DNA of 64,000 nucleotides from a virus (IMGVR_UViG_3300035661_000038:1-64000), one strand, 5' to 3'. Numbered from the stretch's first letter, positions 18,035 through 28,344 are shown. Program-made: numbers and translations. Notes: a model not told the origin generated them from the sequence alone.

Positions 18035-19786
18035 CTACGCCGAGGCCGCGGCGTCCGCCGAGCCGTCGTCGGAGCCGAAGACCGAATCCGCGCGTACCTC
18101 GATGTAGTTCATGCCCTCGATGTCGAAGGCCACGCCCTCGTCGATGTGCCACTGCGTCGCGATCGTCTTGGTGCGGAACACCGTCTGGAACCCCGAGTCG
18201 CCGTACGCCTTCGCGTACGCGTCGGCGAACCCGCTGTCGAACCCGATATCGCGGAGGAACTGTGCCGCGCGCTGCGCGACGACCAAGTACTGCTCGATCT
18301 GGTTCACTGTCGGCCCCGTCGGATCGCGGTTCACCAGGAGCTCGAACGGGTCGCCTGCGCGCATGTCGAGGATATCCGGATCGAGGTTGCCGCCACCGAG
18401 CGAGGCGAGGTTCCTGGTGGAGACCTTAATTGAGAGCTCGTTGCGCCCGACGGTCTCGTAGATGTGCTTCGCGATTGCGATGAGTGCCGCCTCGGAGCGG
18501 AAGCCCGACACCTTGTGCACGCTCCACTTCGCATCGGTGCCGCCATCCCCCGGTAGCCCCATCGCGAGGAAATCGTCCTTGCCCGGGAACCGCCCGACGA
18601 GCAGCCGCTTCTCTGCGGGGAGGTAACAGCGCACCTCGATGTTGCTCGGGGCCTGGCGGTTGTACGCGCGACCGATGCCGATCTTGAGCACATTTCGCCC
18701 GTAGATGAAGACGCGGTGCGCGACACCCGCGCGAGGCATGAACGGGTCCGTGGGGCGCGGCGCGATCGTCGACGAGTAGAGCGTGCGCGCGCGCGTGATG
18801 ACGACGGTCGTGCCCTCCAAGAAAATGAGGTGCCCGAGCGCGCCCGCGGCGTCCGTCAGGTAATCCCAAACCGAGAGCTTGCCCGCGCCGCCGCTCGCGC
18901 CGCCTGCGCCCGCGGGTGGAGGCCCGAGGTTGGGCGCGTAGGTGCCCTTCGCGAGTACTGATTCCAGCGTGGGCGCGGTGCCGACGCCGCGGTACTCGAT
19001 GGAGAGGCCGACGAACTGCGGGAAGTGCGCGAGATACTTCGCGACCGATTGCGGAAATTCGATCTTCGCGTCGAGCACGAGCGCCGGCGGTGCCTCCTGG
19101 TCGATGAGGACCTGGGTGTTGTCGCGGCACTCCAATGTCGCTGTCGGCTCGCTCTCATCGTTGATGTCGACGTCCCACTTGTCGACCCACCCTTCAAACC
19201 GGAGGTTGGTGCGCGCGCGGCCGTTCGAGTCCACGTACTCGTCGGGCAAACCCACCGACGTCGCGCCCTCGCCGCGTCGCTCGTCGCGCATCTGCGCGCC
19301 GTGCTCTTCGACCGGGATCGTGCCGAGGTAGAACTGCACCGCGCACGCTCGGATCACTCGCGGATCGATCGGGCAGTCGACGAACTTGATCACGAAGCGC
19401 AGTGTGTCCGCTGCGCGCACGCCGTTCTGCGTCCACTGCGCCTCGCGCGGGATGATGCCTTCGATGAAGTGGGTGCGACCGTCGCTTGACGATCGCTGCT
19501 CCTGGGGGGAGCCGGTCTTCTGGTCGGTGGGTGTGCCGCCCTGAGGCATGAGCACCCACCGACGCGCGAACGGCGCGCCCGGGTTGAAGGGCACACTCTG
19601 GTCCTCGACCACGCGAAGCTCCGCGCGTGCATCGCTCGTGCCTTTCGCGTTCTTCGCCGGCTTCTTCGGCACGCGACTCTTGAGCGGTCCGGTGTCACCG
19701 AACTCCTCGAACCGGATACCCAAGCGGACCTTCGCCCGCGGGACATACGTCTGCTCGGGCGTGATGGTGTCGAAGTCGTCGGCCAC
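18035..19786 (-). CDS. Baseplate hub (gpD/gp27-like)
   Basis: FEGWVDKW..LECRD; position between LysM and spike genes. Confidence 0.7.
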   Translation of the reverse strand: MADDFDTITPEQTYVPRAKVRLGIRFEEFGDTGPLKSRVPKKPAKNAKGTSDARAELRVVEDQSVPFNPGAPFARRWVLMPQGGTPTDQKTGSPQEQRSSSDGRTHFIEGIIPREAQWTQNGVRAADTLRFVIKFVDCPIDPRVIRACAVQFYLGTIPVEEHGAQMRDERRGEGATSVGLPDEYVDSNGRARTNLRFEGWVDKWDVDINDESEPTATLECRDNTQVLIDQEAPPALVLDAKIEFPQSVAKYLAHFPQFVGLSIEYRGVGTAPTLESVLAKGTYAPNLGPPPAGAGGASGGAGKLSVWDYLTDAAGALGHLIFLEGTTVVITRARTLYSSTIAPRPTDPFMPRAGVAHRVFIYGRNVLKIGIGRAYNRQAPSNIEVRCYLPAEKRLLVGRFPGKDDFLAMGLPGDGGTDAKWSVHKVSGFRSEAALIAIAKHIYETVGRNELSIKVSTRNLASLGGGNLDPDILDMRAGDPFELLVNRDPTGPTVNQIEQYLVVAQRAAQFLRDIGFDSGFADAYAKAYGDSGFQTVFRTKTIATQWHIDEGVAFDIEGMNYIEVRADSVFGSDDGSADAAASA

Positions 19787-19942
19787 GCGACGAGGCTACA
19801 CCGAGGCATCGAGTCGGCCACGGGCAAGACCTATCTCAGCAACGAGCTCGACGAGGCGATCCTGCACGACTTCGTTTCGAATCCGACGAACGCGCTCGCG
19901 ATCGACAACTTCGCGAGCCGCTTCGTCCTCTCGCGCATCGCC

Positions 19943-21214
19943 TCACGCCCCAGTCGGTCGCCCCGTCGTCAACGCCGGGATGACAACCGGATGGCCAACT
20001 GCCGGTGAGACCTGGGACCACGGCAGTCGGTTCGCCTTGGCGATGTCGGCGGCGTGGTCCGGGTCGCCGTAGTAGGTCATCGAGAGGCCCACGAGCGTGT
20101 CTCCTTCGCGAGCGACGTGGACCGCGAGGATGTCGCCCTGGCGTGCGCCCGAGAGAGTCGCAGCGGTGGACGATGCCTGGAGCGGCGCGCGCTCCGCGAC
20201 GAACGCCCGGATTGACGTCATCAGCGTCACCGCGTCGTCGACGACGACGCGCGCGGTGTCGGCGGTGCCCGCGAAGTACCGCGCCGCGCGCACCACATCG
20301 ATCGTCCCGGTCTTTGTCGAGAGGAGCTCGGCGGGCACCTGGCCGAGCGTGTCGCCGAAGTCGTTGGCCGTGCGCGCGATGTCTGCCGACATCGCGACCG
20401 CCGCCGTCTGCACCTGCGCCGGCACCGTCGCGATCTTCTGCGCGATGCCGGCGAGCGACTTGAGTTGCCCGGTGACGTACTGCACCTTGCGCGACGCCTG
20501 CGCGAGCACCTCGGACGGGTAGTCGGCGAGCGATTCGAGCTGACCGAGGGTGAGCGAGTTGGGCGCGCCGATCGACGCCGCGCGCGCGAGCTCGGTGGAG
20601 ACCTTGCCGGCGGCGATCGATCCGGTGGTCGCGATCGACGCAGCCCATGCCGCTGCCGACGCTTGGCTACGCGCGACCTGTGCGACGAGATTCGCGTCGC
20701 GCGACGAGATCGGCGACGTCGGACGGCCGCCGCGTCCCTTCCACGCGAACTCGACGCTCCACGCGATGTCGTGTGCGCGCGTCGTTGGGAACTCCCACGA
20801 CGTCGCTCGACCCTCGCGCACCACCGAGTCGTTGTCCCAGAAGTCCGGGCCGCTCGACCTCCACGTCACCCGGAGCAGTGCCCCCTCCGATAGCAGCGCC
20901 TCGAACGCATCGCGAAGCTGCTGAGGAGCGACGAGCGAGGTGATCGTTCCGTCAGAGTCAGTGAACGTCGAGCCGCTCTTGGCGAGGAGCGTGCGCTTCC
21001 ACTCGCCCTCCCACGTGCTCGGCAACTCCGAGAACGCGAGAAGCTGCTGTGTGGCGTTCTTGTTCCCGGGATACCAGGTGGTCGGCACCTTCTGCGCCGA
21101 CTTCCACGACGCCCCCTGGTGGGGGAGGCCGTTGCCCGCGAGAAACAGAGCGCGCGGGCGCCGACCGATGACGTCGACCTCTTCGATGAGGAGGAAGCTG
21201 GCGTACGCACCCAC
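19943..21214 (-). CDS. Tail tube initiator with C-terminal LysM
   Basis: HVAREGDTLVGLSMTYYGDPDHAADIAKAN; follows the tape measure. Confidence 0.75.
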   Translation of the reverse strand: MGAYASFLLIEEVDVIGRRPRALFLAGNGLPHQGASWKSAQKVPTTWYPGNKNATQQLLAFSELPSTWEGEWKRTLLAKSGSTFTDSDGTITSLVAPQQLRDAFEALLSEGALLRVTWRSSGPDFWDNDSVVREGRATSWEFPTTRAHDIAWSVEFAWKGRGGRPTSPISSRDANLVAQVARSQASAAAWAASIATTGSIAAGKVSTELARAASIGAPNSLTLGQLESLADYPSEVLAQASRKVQYVTGQLKSLAGIAQKIATVPAQVQTAAVAMSADIARTANDFGDTLGQVPAELLSTKTGTIDVVRAARYFAGTADTARVVVDDAVTLMTSIRAFVAERAPLQASSTAATLSGARQGDILAVHVAREGDTLVGLSMTYYGDPDHAADIAKANRLPWSQVSPAVGHPVVIPALTTGRPTGA

Positions 21215-21247
21215 GGGATCCTCCTGCTAGACGAGCGGAGGTCTGAC

Positions 21248-21269
21248 GACCAAAAAGCGCCTTTTGGTC
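21248..21269. repeat. 22-bp dispersed palindrome, copy 4
   Basis: Intergenic, 16 bp past the stop at 21286. Confidence 0.95.
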
Positions 21270-21285
21270 GCTGCCCCCGAGAGGC

Positions 21286-21498
21286 TCACTGGCCGCGCTT
21301 CGTGGCCCACTTCATCAGCGGGTTGTCCGAGCCGGCGCCCGCCTTGCCTCCGCTCTTCTTGGCCGTCTTCTCGTTGGCCGACGAGCTCTCAGTGTCCGAC
21401 CCCGAGTCGCTCGACGAGCTCTCGATGTCCGACCCCGAGTCGCTCGACGAGGAATCGGAACCCGCGATCTTCTTCTTGATGAACTCCGGCATGGACAT
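21286..21498 (-). CDS. Small Ser/Lys-rich protein with internal 33-bp repeat
   Basis: SSSDSGSD x2; C-terminal NPLMKWATKRGQ. Confidence 0.6.
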   Translation of the reverse strand: MSMPEFIKKKIAGSDSSSSDSGSDIESSSSDSGSDTESSSANEKTAKKSGGKAGAGSDNPLMKWATKRGQ

Positions 21499-21571
21499 CG
21501 GTGTTGCTCCGCGTCGAGGGATGGCGGGGCGGTGCGCCCCGCAAGCTCACCCCGCCGACGCTATCACGCAC

Positions 21572-23509
21572 TCACGAGCCGAACACCCCCGCCATCCGCG
21601 ACTGCGTGCGCGAGGCGGCCGCCTTCGAGACATCACGCTGGAACGCGACGAATACGCGATCCGGATCCTGGTCACGGAAGTCCTGCTTGAGGTTGAACGT
21701 CTGCCCGCCGTTCATGTTGATCGCTGCGCCCTTGCCGGCCGAGTTGGAGATGATCTTCTTGAGCTGCTCGCCGACGAGTGACTTGAGCGTGGCGTTCTTG
21801 ATGTTGTCGCCGAACCCCTCCAGCGCCCCGCTCGCGAGTATCCCCGACTCGATGAGCACGCGCTGGAGGTCTTTCGACTTTTCGAAGACGCCCTCTGCGT
21901 ACTTGCGCGCTGCATCGTCGTGAGCCTTCGTCGCGGCCTGGTACGCCATCACGAAGTCCGCCGCGCCGCCGAAGTCGTTCGTCTTCGCCTTGAGCGCCGC
22001 CTGATGGAACGCTTCGCCGCCGCCACTGGTGACGGCGTACGAGTTGATGTCGAGCGCGCCCTGGATGTAGCGATGGATCTCGTCCGCGCTCATCCCCGCC
22101 GCCGTCGCGGCGTCGTGGAACTTTTGCTGCGCCTTCTGGAGCTTGTCGATCGGCGCGTTCATGTCGCCAGCGATCCGGTTCATCTTCCTCAGCGCGCTCT
22201 CGGTCTTCGAGTCGAGCTCCCCCGGCACCGCACTACTGCCGGTGCCCGTGGCCATCTCGAAACCCTTCTTCGCGACGTAGCGCACCCCCTCCGAGAGCCC
22301 GCCAGTGACAATGCCGCTGATGATGCGGCTTGCGGTCATCGTGTAGTCGACGATCGCGCGCGCTGCGTCGACGACATCTTTGAACGCCTTGGCGACGGAT
22401 GCGCCGTCATTCTTGATGTCGTCCCAGGCATCGAGGATGTCGTCCATCGTCGTCGAGAGCGAATTGCTGATCGAATTGGCGTCGTTCGACTCCAATGAGA
22501 CGAACGTGCGCATGAAGTCGCCGACGAACTTGATGAACTCGGCGACCCGTTGACCGAAATTCTTCGCGTACGTGGCGATGAGCTCCTGGTGCTCCAGGAA
22601 GAACGTGCGGATGACGTTGATCTCGGAGATGACGGCCTTGACGATCGGCGCGCCCATGTCTTCGAGAATCTGGCGCTTCATGTCGGCCATCGACTGCTTG
22701 GCCGCGTTGAAGCTCAGGGGCATCTCTTTCGCTTTCTCAGCCATCTTTGTGACGGCCTTCTCCCCAAGCTCCAGCATCTTGTCGGGAGACATCTTTTGGA
22801 GCTGCGTGGCGACCTGCTTCGCGTTGCCGTGGAGCACGCTCGTCGCGGCGATGAGCTGAACCACCGGGTTCTTCGCCCTCACAACGCCTGCCTCCATCGC
22901 GGCGAACCCCTCCGACAGCTCGCTCATGCCGAGCCCCGAGATGCGCCCCGCCTTGGCCATTGCCGTTGTGAGCTCCTGGACCTGATCGACGCTCTTGCCC
23001 GAGCGCTCAGCGATCGCCGTAAACGCGTCGGTCATCTGCTCTGCCGAAACGCCCATCGCAATCGCGGTGTCTTCGAGCTCGTTGTGGACGAGCTTGGAGA
23101 CACTTTTGATTTGATTGAGCGATGCGTTCTCCCCCGCCATCATCATCATCGCGGAGCCGACCTTCTTGACCTCCTCGCCCTCCACCATCGCCGCATGGAA
23201 CGCCGATTCGGCGAGCGCACCCGCACCCGCGATGCCCGCGCCGATCGCTGCGACGCCCGCCGCCATCGCGACCACCGAGCCCTCGACGACGTACTTCATG
23301 TTCTCGAAGCCGCTCGTCGCCGACTTGTGCCCCTTGGCGAGCCCCGTGAAATACGCATCCGCGCTCTTCTCGTTGGCATGGGTCTGCTGCTCGACCTTCT
23401 TGGACGCCGCCGCAACGCGACCAAGCGAGGTTTCGATCTGCTTCGCCGTCTCGGCCGCGACATCATCGAGCACCAGTCGAATCCGAACCTCAGCCGACGG
23501 GTCTGACAT
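21572..23509 (-). CDS. Tape measure protein
   Basis: 645 aa, helical and Ala-rich, follows the tail chaperones. Confidence 0.8.
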   Translation of the reverse strand: MSDPSAEVRIRLVLDDVAAETAKQIETSLGRVAAASKKVEQQTHANEKSADAYFTGLAKGHKSATSGFENMKYVVEGSVVAMAAGVAAIGAGIAGAGALAESAFHAAMVEGEEVKKVGSAMMMMAGENASLNQIKSVSKLVHNELEDTAIAMGVSAEQMTDAFTAIAERSGKSVDQVQELTTAMAKAGRISGLGMSELSEGFAAMEAGVVRAKNPVVQLIAATSVLHGNAKQVATQLQKMSPDKMLELGEKAVTKMAEKAKEMPLSFNAAKQSMADMKRQILEDMGAPIVKAVISEINVIRTFFLEHQELIATYAKNFGQRVAEFIKFVGDFMRTFVSLESNDANSISNSLSTTMDDILDAWDDIKNDGASVAKAFKDVVDAARAIVDYTMTASRIISGIVTGGLSEGVRYVAKKGFEMATGTGSSAVPGELDSKTESALRKMNRIAGDMNAPIDKLQKAQQKFHDAATAAGMSADEIHRYIQGALDINSYAVTSGGGEAFHQAALKAKTNDFGGAADFVMAYQAATKAHDDAARKYAEGVFEKSKDLQRVLIESGILASGALEGFGDNIKNATLKSLVGEQLKKIISNSAGKGAAINMNGGQTFNLKQDFRDQDPDRVFVAFQRDVSKAAASRTQSRMAGVFGS

Positions 23510-23620
23510 GGGGTCTCTCCCGCGCCCCTCACGGGCGCTAGGGCGCGCGAGGGCGCCCCGCTCGTCACTCTACCGGCCCGCGCACCCGGAGGCCGCTAGA
23601 ACGGCTCCCCGGGCCTCGCG

Positions 23621-23974
23621 TCACACCTCCCCGAGCAGGTCTTCACTCCCGCCGCCCTCATCGTCCAGGAGCTCCTTGAGATCCTGGAATTTCTCATCAA
23701 GCACCGACACCGGCAGATCGTCCCAAACGAACATCGACTGGCGCCCGTAACGCGCGAGGAAAACGATCTGCCGTCGCCGCGCCTTCTTCGCGAGCTCGAT
23801 GTCGTAGTCGACGAACAGGTGCCAGTGCGCGTCGATGAGAGTGCCGTACACCACGAGGAGCCGCCGGATCGTCTCCTCGATCTCGCGCTCCTCTTCTGCG
23901 TCGCAATCGCCCTCCGCGCGCCTTACGGCGAGCGAACCGCGCTTCTGACAGCGACGCAGCGCAGTAGAAAATCC
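23621..23974 (-). CDS. Tail assembly chaperone, -1 frame extension (GT-like)
   Basis: The -1 frame is open from the G GAT TTT site (23974-23968) to the stop at 23621. Confidence 0.65.
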   Translation of the reverse strand, partial: GFSTALRRCQKRGSLAVRRAEGDCDAEEEREIEETIRRLLVVYGTLIDAHWHLFVDYDIELAKKARRRQIVFLARYGRQSMFVWDDLPVSVLDEKFQDLKELLDDEGGGSEDLLGEV

Positions 23975-24618
23975 ACCGTCTCCTCGCCGCTCGCGTTATG
24001 CGCGCGGTGGTAGAGGCCGATGATGAGGCGGCGGCCCTTGGCGCCGATCTCGCGCCAGAACGTCTCTACGTTCGAGAGCGGCCCCTGGGTCCAGTCGCAC
24101 TTCATCCCGTCGATCGACCGGAGCATCTGCTTCGCGAGCTCGCCGACCGCGCGCTGGGAGTCGCCACCGGCGCGCTTGTAGGCGGCGTTCTCGTCGGCGG
24201 GCGTCAGGTCCCAGAGGATGCACGTGCGGTCGCCCTTGCCCGGGGTGCGCGTGAGGCCCTTCCGAATCCTGACGAAGTACACCTGGACGCCGGGCGGGAT
24301 CTTGAACCCGTCGGGCACCTTCGCCCACGAAGGGAGCTTGCGCGGATCGCTGCACTCACGCATCTCCGCATCGCGCGTGTCCTCTTCCTCGTTCTCGCTT
24401 GCGTCGTCACCGTCCTCGTCGACGGCGATGACCGGTTGGTCGGGCTCCTCTGCGTCGGCTGCGATGCTCGCGGCCTCGTCGTCACTCGCCCGCTTGTCGA
24501 TCGTGGCCTTGGCTGCCGCCGCGAACCCCGTCGACTTCGGCGCGGTCGCGGCCCCGAGGATCGACGCTTTCGGGTCTGCGGGTTCCGTCTCGATCAGGTC
24601 TTCGATGTCCATCGTCAT
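23923..24618 (-). CDS. Tail assembly chaperone (G-like)
   Basis: Between tube and tape measure; GGAGG RBS; slippery site near the 3' end. Confidence 0.7.
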   Translation of the reverse strand: MTMDIEDLIETEPADPKASILGAATAPKSTGFAAAAKATIDKRASDDEAASIAADAEEPDQPVIAVDEDGDDASENEEEDTRDAEMRECSDPRKLPSWAKVPDGFKIPPGVQVYFVRIRKGLTRTPGKGDRTCILWDLTPADENAAYKRAGGDSQRAVGELAKQMLRSIDGMKCDWTQGPLSNVETFWREIGAKGRRLIIGLYHRAHNASGEETVDFLLRCVAVRSAVRSP

Positions 24619-24661
24619 GCGCCTCCGAGTGACGAAGCTACACCGCGGCATTGACCGACGC

Positions 24662-24910
24662 ATGACCGAGACGCGAATCGAGGGAACCCCCACCGGCGCG
24701 CTCGATGTGAAGCGCTTCTACATGCGCGACGTGTACCTCGTCGCGAGGTGCCCCAAGTGTGACTACGAGACCAAGCACGACTTCGCGAGCGACTACCTCG
24801 CCTATCCGGAGGTGAACCGCCCGTTTGACCACGGCTGCTACTGCCCCAAGTGCGACCACGAGTGGACCGTGCGCCTGACGCTCTCACTCGCCCTCGCGGT
24901 GACGTCATGA
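24662..24910 (+). CDS. Zinc-finger protein (two CPKCD motifs)
   Basis: 82 aa; ATGA overlap with the next gene. Confidence 0.7.
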   Translation: MTETRIEGTPTGALDVKRFYMRDVYLVARCPKCDYETKHDFASDYLAYPEVNRPFDHGCYCPKCDHEWTVRLTLSLALAVTS

Positions 24911-25245
24911 GCAAGACCACCGCCGAAGAACGCGCCTACCAAGACGGTCGGCGCGAGACGTTCGCGCGCTTGCTCTCGCACTTCGCCAGCGAGCTCTACA
25001 CGACGCGCCCCAACATGCTCACGTGCTCGCCTGAGAAGCGATGCGCGGTGCTCGAAGCCGAGCGCCTCGACACCATCACCGCGCTCCGCGAGTTCTGCGC
25101 TGAGCTCGGATACAACGATTGGCCCGACTCGCTGTACCTGCGCGACGTCGTGGCGAAGCACCTCGCGCGCACGCAGCGACAGCGATTCAGCGACCGTCTG
25201 CGCGAACTCGCAAACGACGCTTTCGAGAAGCTGCCGCCGAAATAG
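24907..25245 (+). CDS. Hypothetical protein
   Basis: 112 aa MSKTTAEE...; coding-like codons. Confidence 0.7.
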   Translation: MSKTTAEERAYQDGRRETFARLLSHFASELYTTRPNMLTCSPEKRCAVLEAERLDTITALREFCAELGYNDWPDSLYLRDVVAKHLARTQRQRFSDRLRELANDAFEKLPPK

Positions 25246-25393
25246 GAAAGACCCCCGTGGGGCGGAGGCGCGACCGGACCAAGACCCGGATTCCTTCCCA
25301 CGAGGGCCACATCATCGAGCTCGCTCGGGAGGAGACGAGCCCGATCCGATCGCGCCGCCGGGGCGCTCTCGCGCCGCCCGGCCTTGGTGAATC

Positions 25394-25828
25394 TCAGAGC
25401 TGCGGTTGGAAGTCGTCGCACTCGAACGACATCTTCACCTTCACGTAGTCGCCACGCGACGACACCGCCACCGGCGTCGCGCCCCACGCGACATCGGGGA
25501 AGAGCACCGTGGGCGTCGTGCCGTCAGGGAAGTTGCAGATCGCGACCACGTTGAACACGAGGTCGGGCTGCACCCGCGACGCCTTGTCCTTGATGGCGGC
25601 GAGGAGCCGGAACCAATCCGACGAGTGAAGGTGGAGCTCGAAGTCCCCCTTGCACCCGTTGTAAATCGAGTCCTTCCGGTTGGTCTTCTCGCCGAGGTAG
25701 CCCTGGCTCTTGATCTCGAACTCCGGCTCGAAGTTGAAGTTCTGGATCTCGGTGAGCGTGTCCTCCAGGTCGGCGCCCCGGGTGATGAGCAACTGCACTT
25801 CCTGTCCGCGGATCCTCTGCTTGGCCAC
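25394..25828 (-). CDS. Tail tube protein
   Basis: 144 aa after the sheath; AGGAG RBS; ends KMSFECDD. Confidence 0.8.
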   Translation of the reverse strand: MAKQRIRGQEVQLLITRGADLEDTLTEIQNFNFEPEFEIKSQGYLGEKTNRKDSIYNGCKGDFELHLHSSDWFRLLAAIKDKASRVQPDLVFNVVAICNFPDGTTPTVLFPDVAWGATPVAVSSRGDYVKVKMSFECDDFQPQL

Positions 25829-25866
25829 GTGTGTTCTCCTTTCGAGTTACCCGCGACTCACGCGGC

Positions 25867-28134
25867 CTAGGGGAGCTGCTCGACGACGGAGACCGTCGTG
25901 CCGACCGTCGCCTGAATGACGATGAAGTCCATCGTCGAGAGCGTCCGCACGTTCACGATCACCCGGAACATCCCCGCGGCGATTGTCTCGGGTGTGTTCG
26001 GCGTCACGGCGTCGACCGTGTAGCCGGCGATGCGCTGCGCGGCGGGTTGCTTCGACGAGAGGAGTCCTTCGAGGAAGCTCGTGATCTGCCCGGCAAACGC
26101 CTTGCGTCGCGCCTGGGTGTTGACCTTCTTGCCATATCGCTTCGCGAAGATCGCGATCGAATCCTCGACGTAATCAGCCATCCGTCGGCGGTTGATGTTG
26201 ACGAGGCTCGGGTTGGCCGTCGGGTCGACGCTCGTGACGCCGCTCTGGAAGACGGGCACGCCCGCGTCGATGCGCAGCGCGCAAATGCCCGCCTTCTTGA
26301 ACGCCGTGTAGTCGTCGACGAGGAGCGGGCTGACCTTCGACTGCGCGCGCGCCTGCGTGTCGACGCCGTTCACCGCCACGAGATAGTCGGTCTGCTCGCC
26401 CGGGTTCTGCTCGGGCTGCTGCTGGCTCATGATCGACGCAAGGAACCCATCGGCCCCAACGTCCACCGAACCGTCGGCGGTGAAGCCGACGCCACCCGAG
26501 AGGCCGACGCGCGCGATGACCGGCACCGTCGTGTTCGCCCCCGGCCACACGTAGATGACCCGCTGGTCGCGGTACGCGCCGACGCCCGGAGCAACGGTGG
26601 ACGACTTGGCCGCGGCCTTGGGCGTGCCGAGGGGCGGGCGGATGATGGCGATGCGCCCGAGGCACCCGCCCGCGCTCGCCGCGATGGCGTTGGCGCGGAG
26701 CGCATTGCGCACGGCGTTCGACTGGCGCGCCGAGTAGACGATGTTCACGTCACTCGACGCCGAGCTCGGGTCGAGGGTTGCATTGAGCGCCGTCTGGTAC
26801 GCGGCGTCGATTTGCGTCTCGGTGAGCGCGGCGCTCGTGGCTTGCGCGTTGATGACGGAGAACGACCCCGCCGTGATTGGCGTCGTCGACGAGACGGTGT
26901 TGATGTACGCGGCCGCGGCCGCGATTCCGCTGCCGTCGTCGGTTGCGTGTCGCACGGGCACCGACCACGGCCCCGCCGTCGACGCTGCGACACCGCCGAT
27001 GGTGACGCCGCTCGCCGAGAACACGATGTCCTGCGTTGTGACGAACGTCCTCGTCGCGCGCGGCGTGCTGTTGTGGACGATGGTCCCCGCGGGAATGAGC
27101 CCCGAGGTCGGACGGCTCGCGGTCGCCGTTGCTCCGACGACGAAACCAAGCGCGGTGGCGGTCGTGTGCGTGCCGACGGTGATGGAGCTCGCGACGGTCG
27201 CCGACACGCGCAGCGTCCCATCCGGAAGCGTGTCGACGAGGGTGTTTGCGATCGCAGCCTCGATGACCGCCTTGACTTCGGCGGGGGTGACGGCGGCGAT
27301 GTTGGCAAGGTTCTTCGAGCCGGTGCCCGTGGTCGTCCCTGCGGTCAGGTTCAGTGCCGCGAGCACGCCCGCCGAGCCGGCGATGATGCGGACTTGGCCG
27401 CCGGTGCCGAGCTGTCGACCCGTGAGGCGAAGCTGGCCGCCATCCGTATCGGCGAAGTTGAACCCGGCGTAGAGGTTGATACGCGCGGCGACGAGGGCGA
27501 ACGTCGTGTCGCCCGCGAGGAACGTCACCGTGAAGTTCGGGTGGACGTTGATGTCGTCGAACCCGAGCGTCAGCGTCTCACCCCCGACGAACCCCGCCGG
27601 CGAGCCTGCGCCCGCGCCGGTGACGGTCGCGGCAGTCGCGTCGAACGTCGCGTCGACCTGACCGGCGCCGAGATCGAACGAGACGATCTGGCCTGGCGCG
27701 AGCACGTACCGGAACGCGCTCGCGCCGAGCAGGAAGGGCAGCGCGGTGAAAGCGACGCTGCCGACACTCGTATCGACGCGGCACACCTGGAGCGCGGAGA
27801 ACTTCTTCCCCGACAGCTGCACCGCGCCGTTGCCGTTCCACGTCTCGCCGACGATCACGTCGTCGGCGTAGCGGATGCGCGCGCACGGGTTGTTTGCCTG
27901 GGAGAGGGCGCCGCCGATGTACCCGAGCCCGCCGAACGTCGTCTGCACGTCCGTCGCGCTCACCACGTCGGTCGGCACGTTGTACGGCCCGTTCTCGAAC
28001 TCGCCGACGAGCAGCACCTTGCCGGCGCCGACTGCGGTGATCGACTCGGGCGGGGTCAGATCGAGGATGTTGACGGCCTCGACCTGGAGCAGCACATCAA
28101 GACCAGGATCGTCCGTGAACTTGCGGATGAACAT
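25867..28134 (-). CDS. Tail sheath protein
   Basis: LVGEFENGPYNVP N-terminus; NINRRRMADYV..MDFIVIQ C-terminus. Confidence 0.88.
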   Translation of the reverse strand: MFIRKFTDDPGLDVLLQVEAVNILDLTPPESITAVGAGKVLLVGEFENGPYNVPTDVVSATDVQTTFGGLGYIGGALSQANNPCARIRYADDVIVGETWNGNGAVQLSGKKFSALQVCRVDTSVGSVAFTALPFLLGASAFRYVLAPGQIVSFDLGAGQVDATFDATAATVTGAGAGSPAGFVGGETLTLGFDDINVHPNFTVTFLAGDTTFALVAARINLYAGFNFADTDGGQLRLTGRQLGTGGQVRIIAGSAGVLAALNLTAGTTTGTGSKNLANIAAVTPAEVKAVIEAAIANTLVDTLPDGTLRVSATVASSITVGTHTTATALGFVVGATATASRPTSGLIPAGTIVHNSTPRATRTFVTTQDIVFSASGVTIGGVAASTAGPWSVPVRHATDDGSGIAAAAAYINTVSSTTPITAGSFSVINAQATSAALTETQIDAAYQTALNATLDPSSASSDVNIVYSARQSNAVRNALRANAIAASAGGCLGRIAIIRPPLGTPKAAAKSSTVAPGVGAYRDQRVIYVWPGANTTVPVIARVGLSGGVGFTADGSVDVGADGFLASIMSQQQPEQNPGEQTDYLVAVNGVDTQARAQSKVSPLLVDDYTAFKKAGICALRIDAGVPVFQSGVTSVDPTANPSLVNINRRRMADYVEDSIAIFAKRYGKKVNTQARRKAFAGQITSFLEGLLSSKQPAAQRIAGYTVDAVTPNTPETIAAGMFRVIVNVRTLSTMDFIVIQATVGTTVSVVEQLP

Positions 28135-28344
28135 CGCAACGCCTCCGACTGGTGAACTCGGTCCCGGCGCGCCTTCCGGTCTCGATGGAGCGAGACTCGC
28201 ACGCACCCGTCAACGGTGTCACGCGCCGACGTGCTCGCGGACGCGTTACTGCCCCGCCTGCGCGTCCACGAGCGTCGGGTGACATCCCGGAGCCCCAACC
28301 GGTCGCGCGCGTCCTAGCGCCCCTCGGGGCGCCCGCGTGCGCGG

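Noticed and set aside
9702-28134. Tailocin / extracellular contractile injection system
   Set aside because: Capsid, portal, terminase and replication genes are present, so it is a phage tail.
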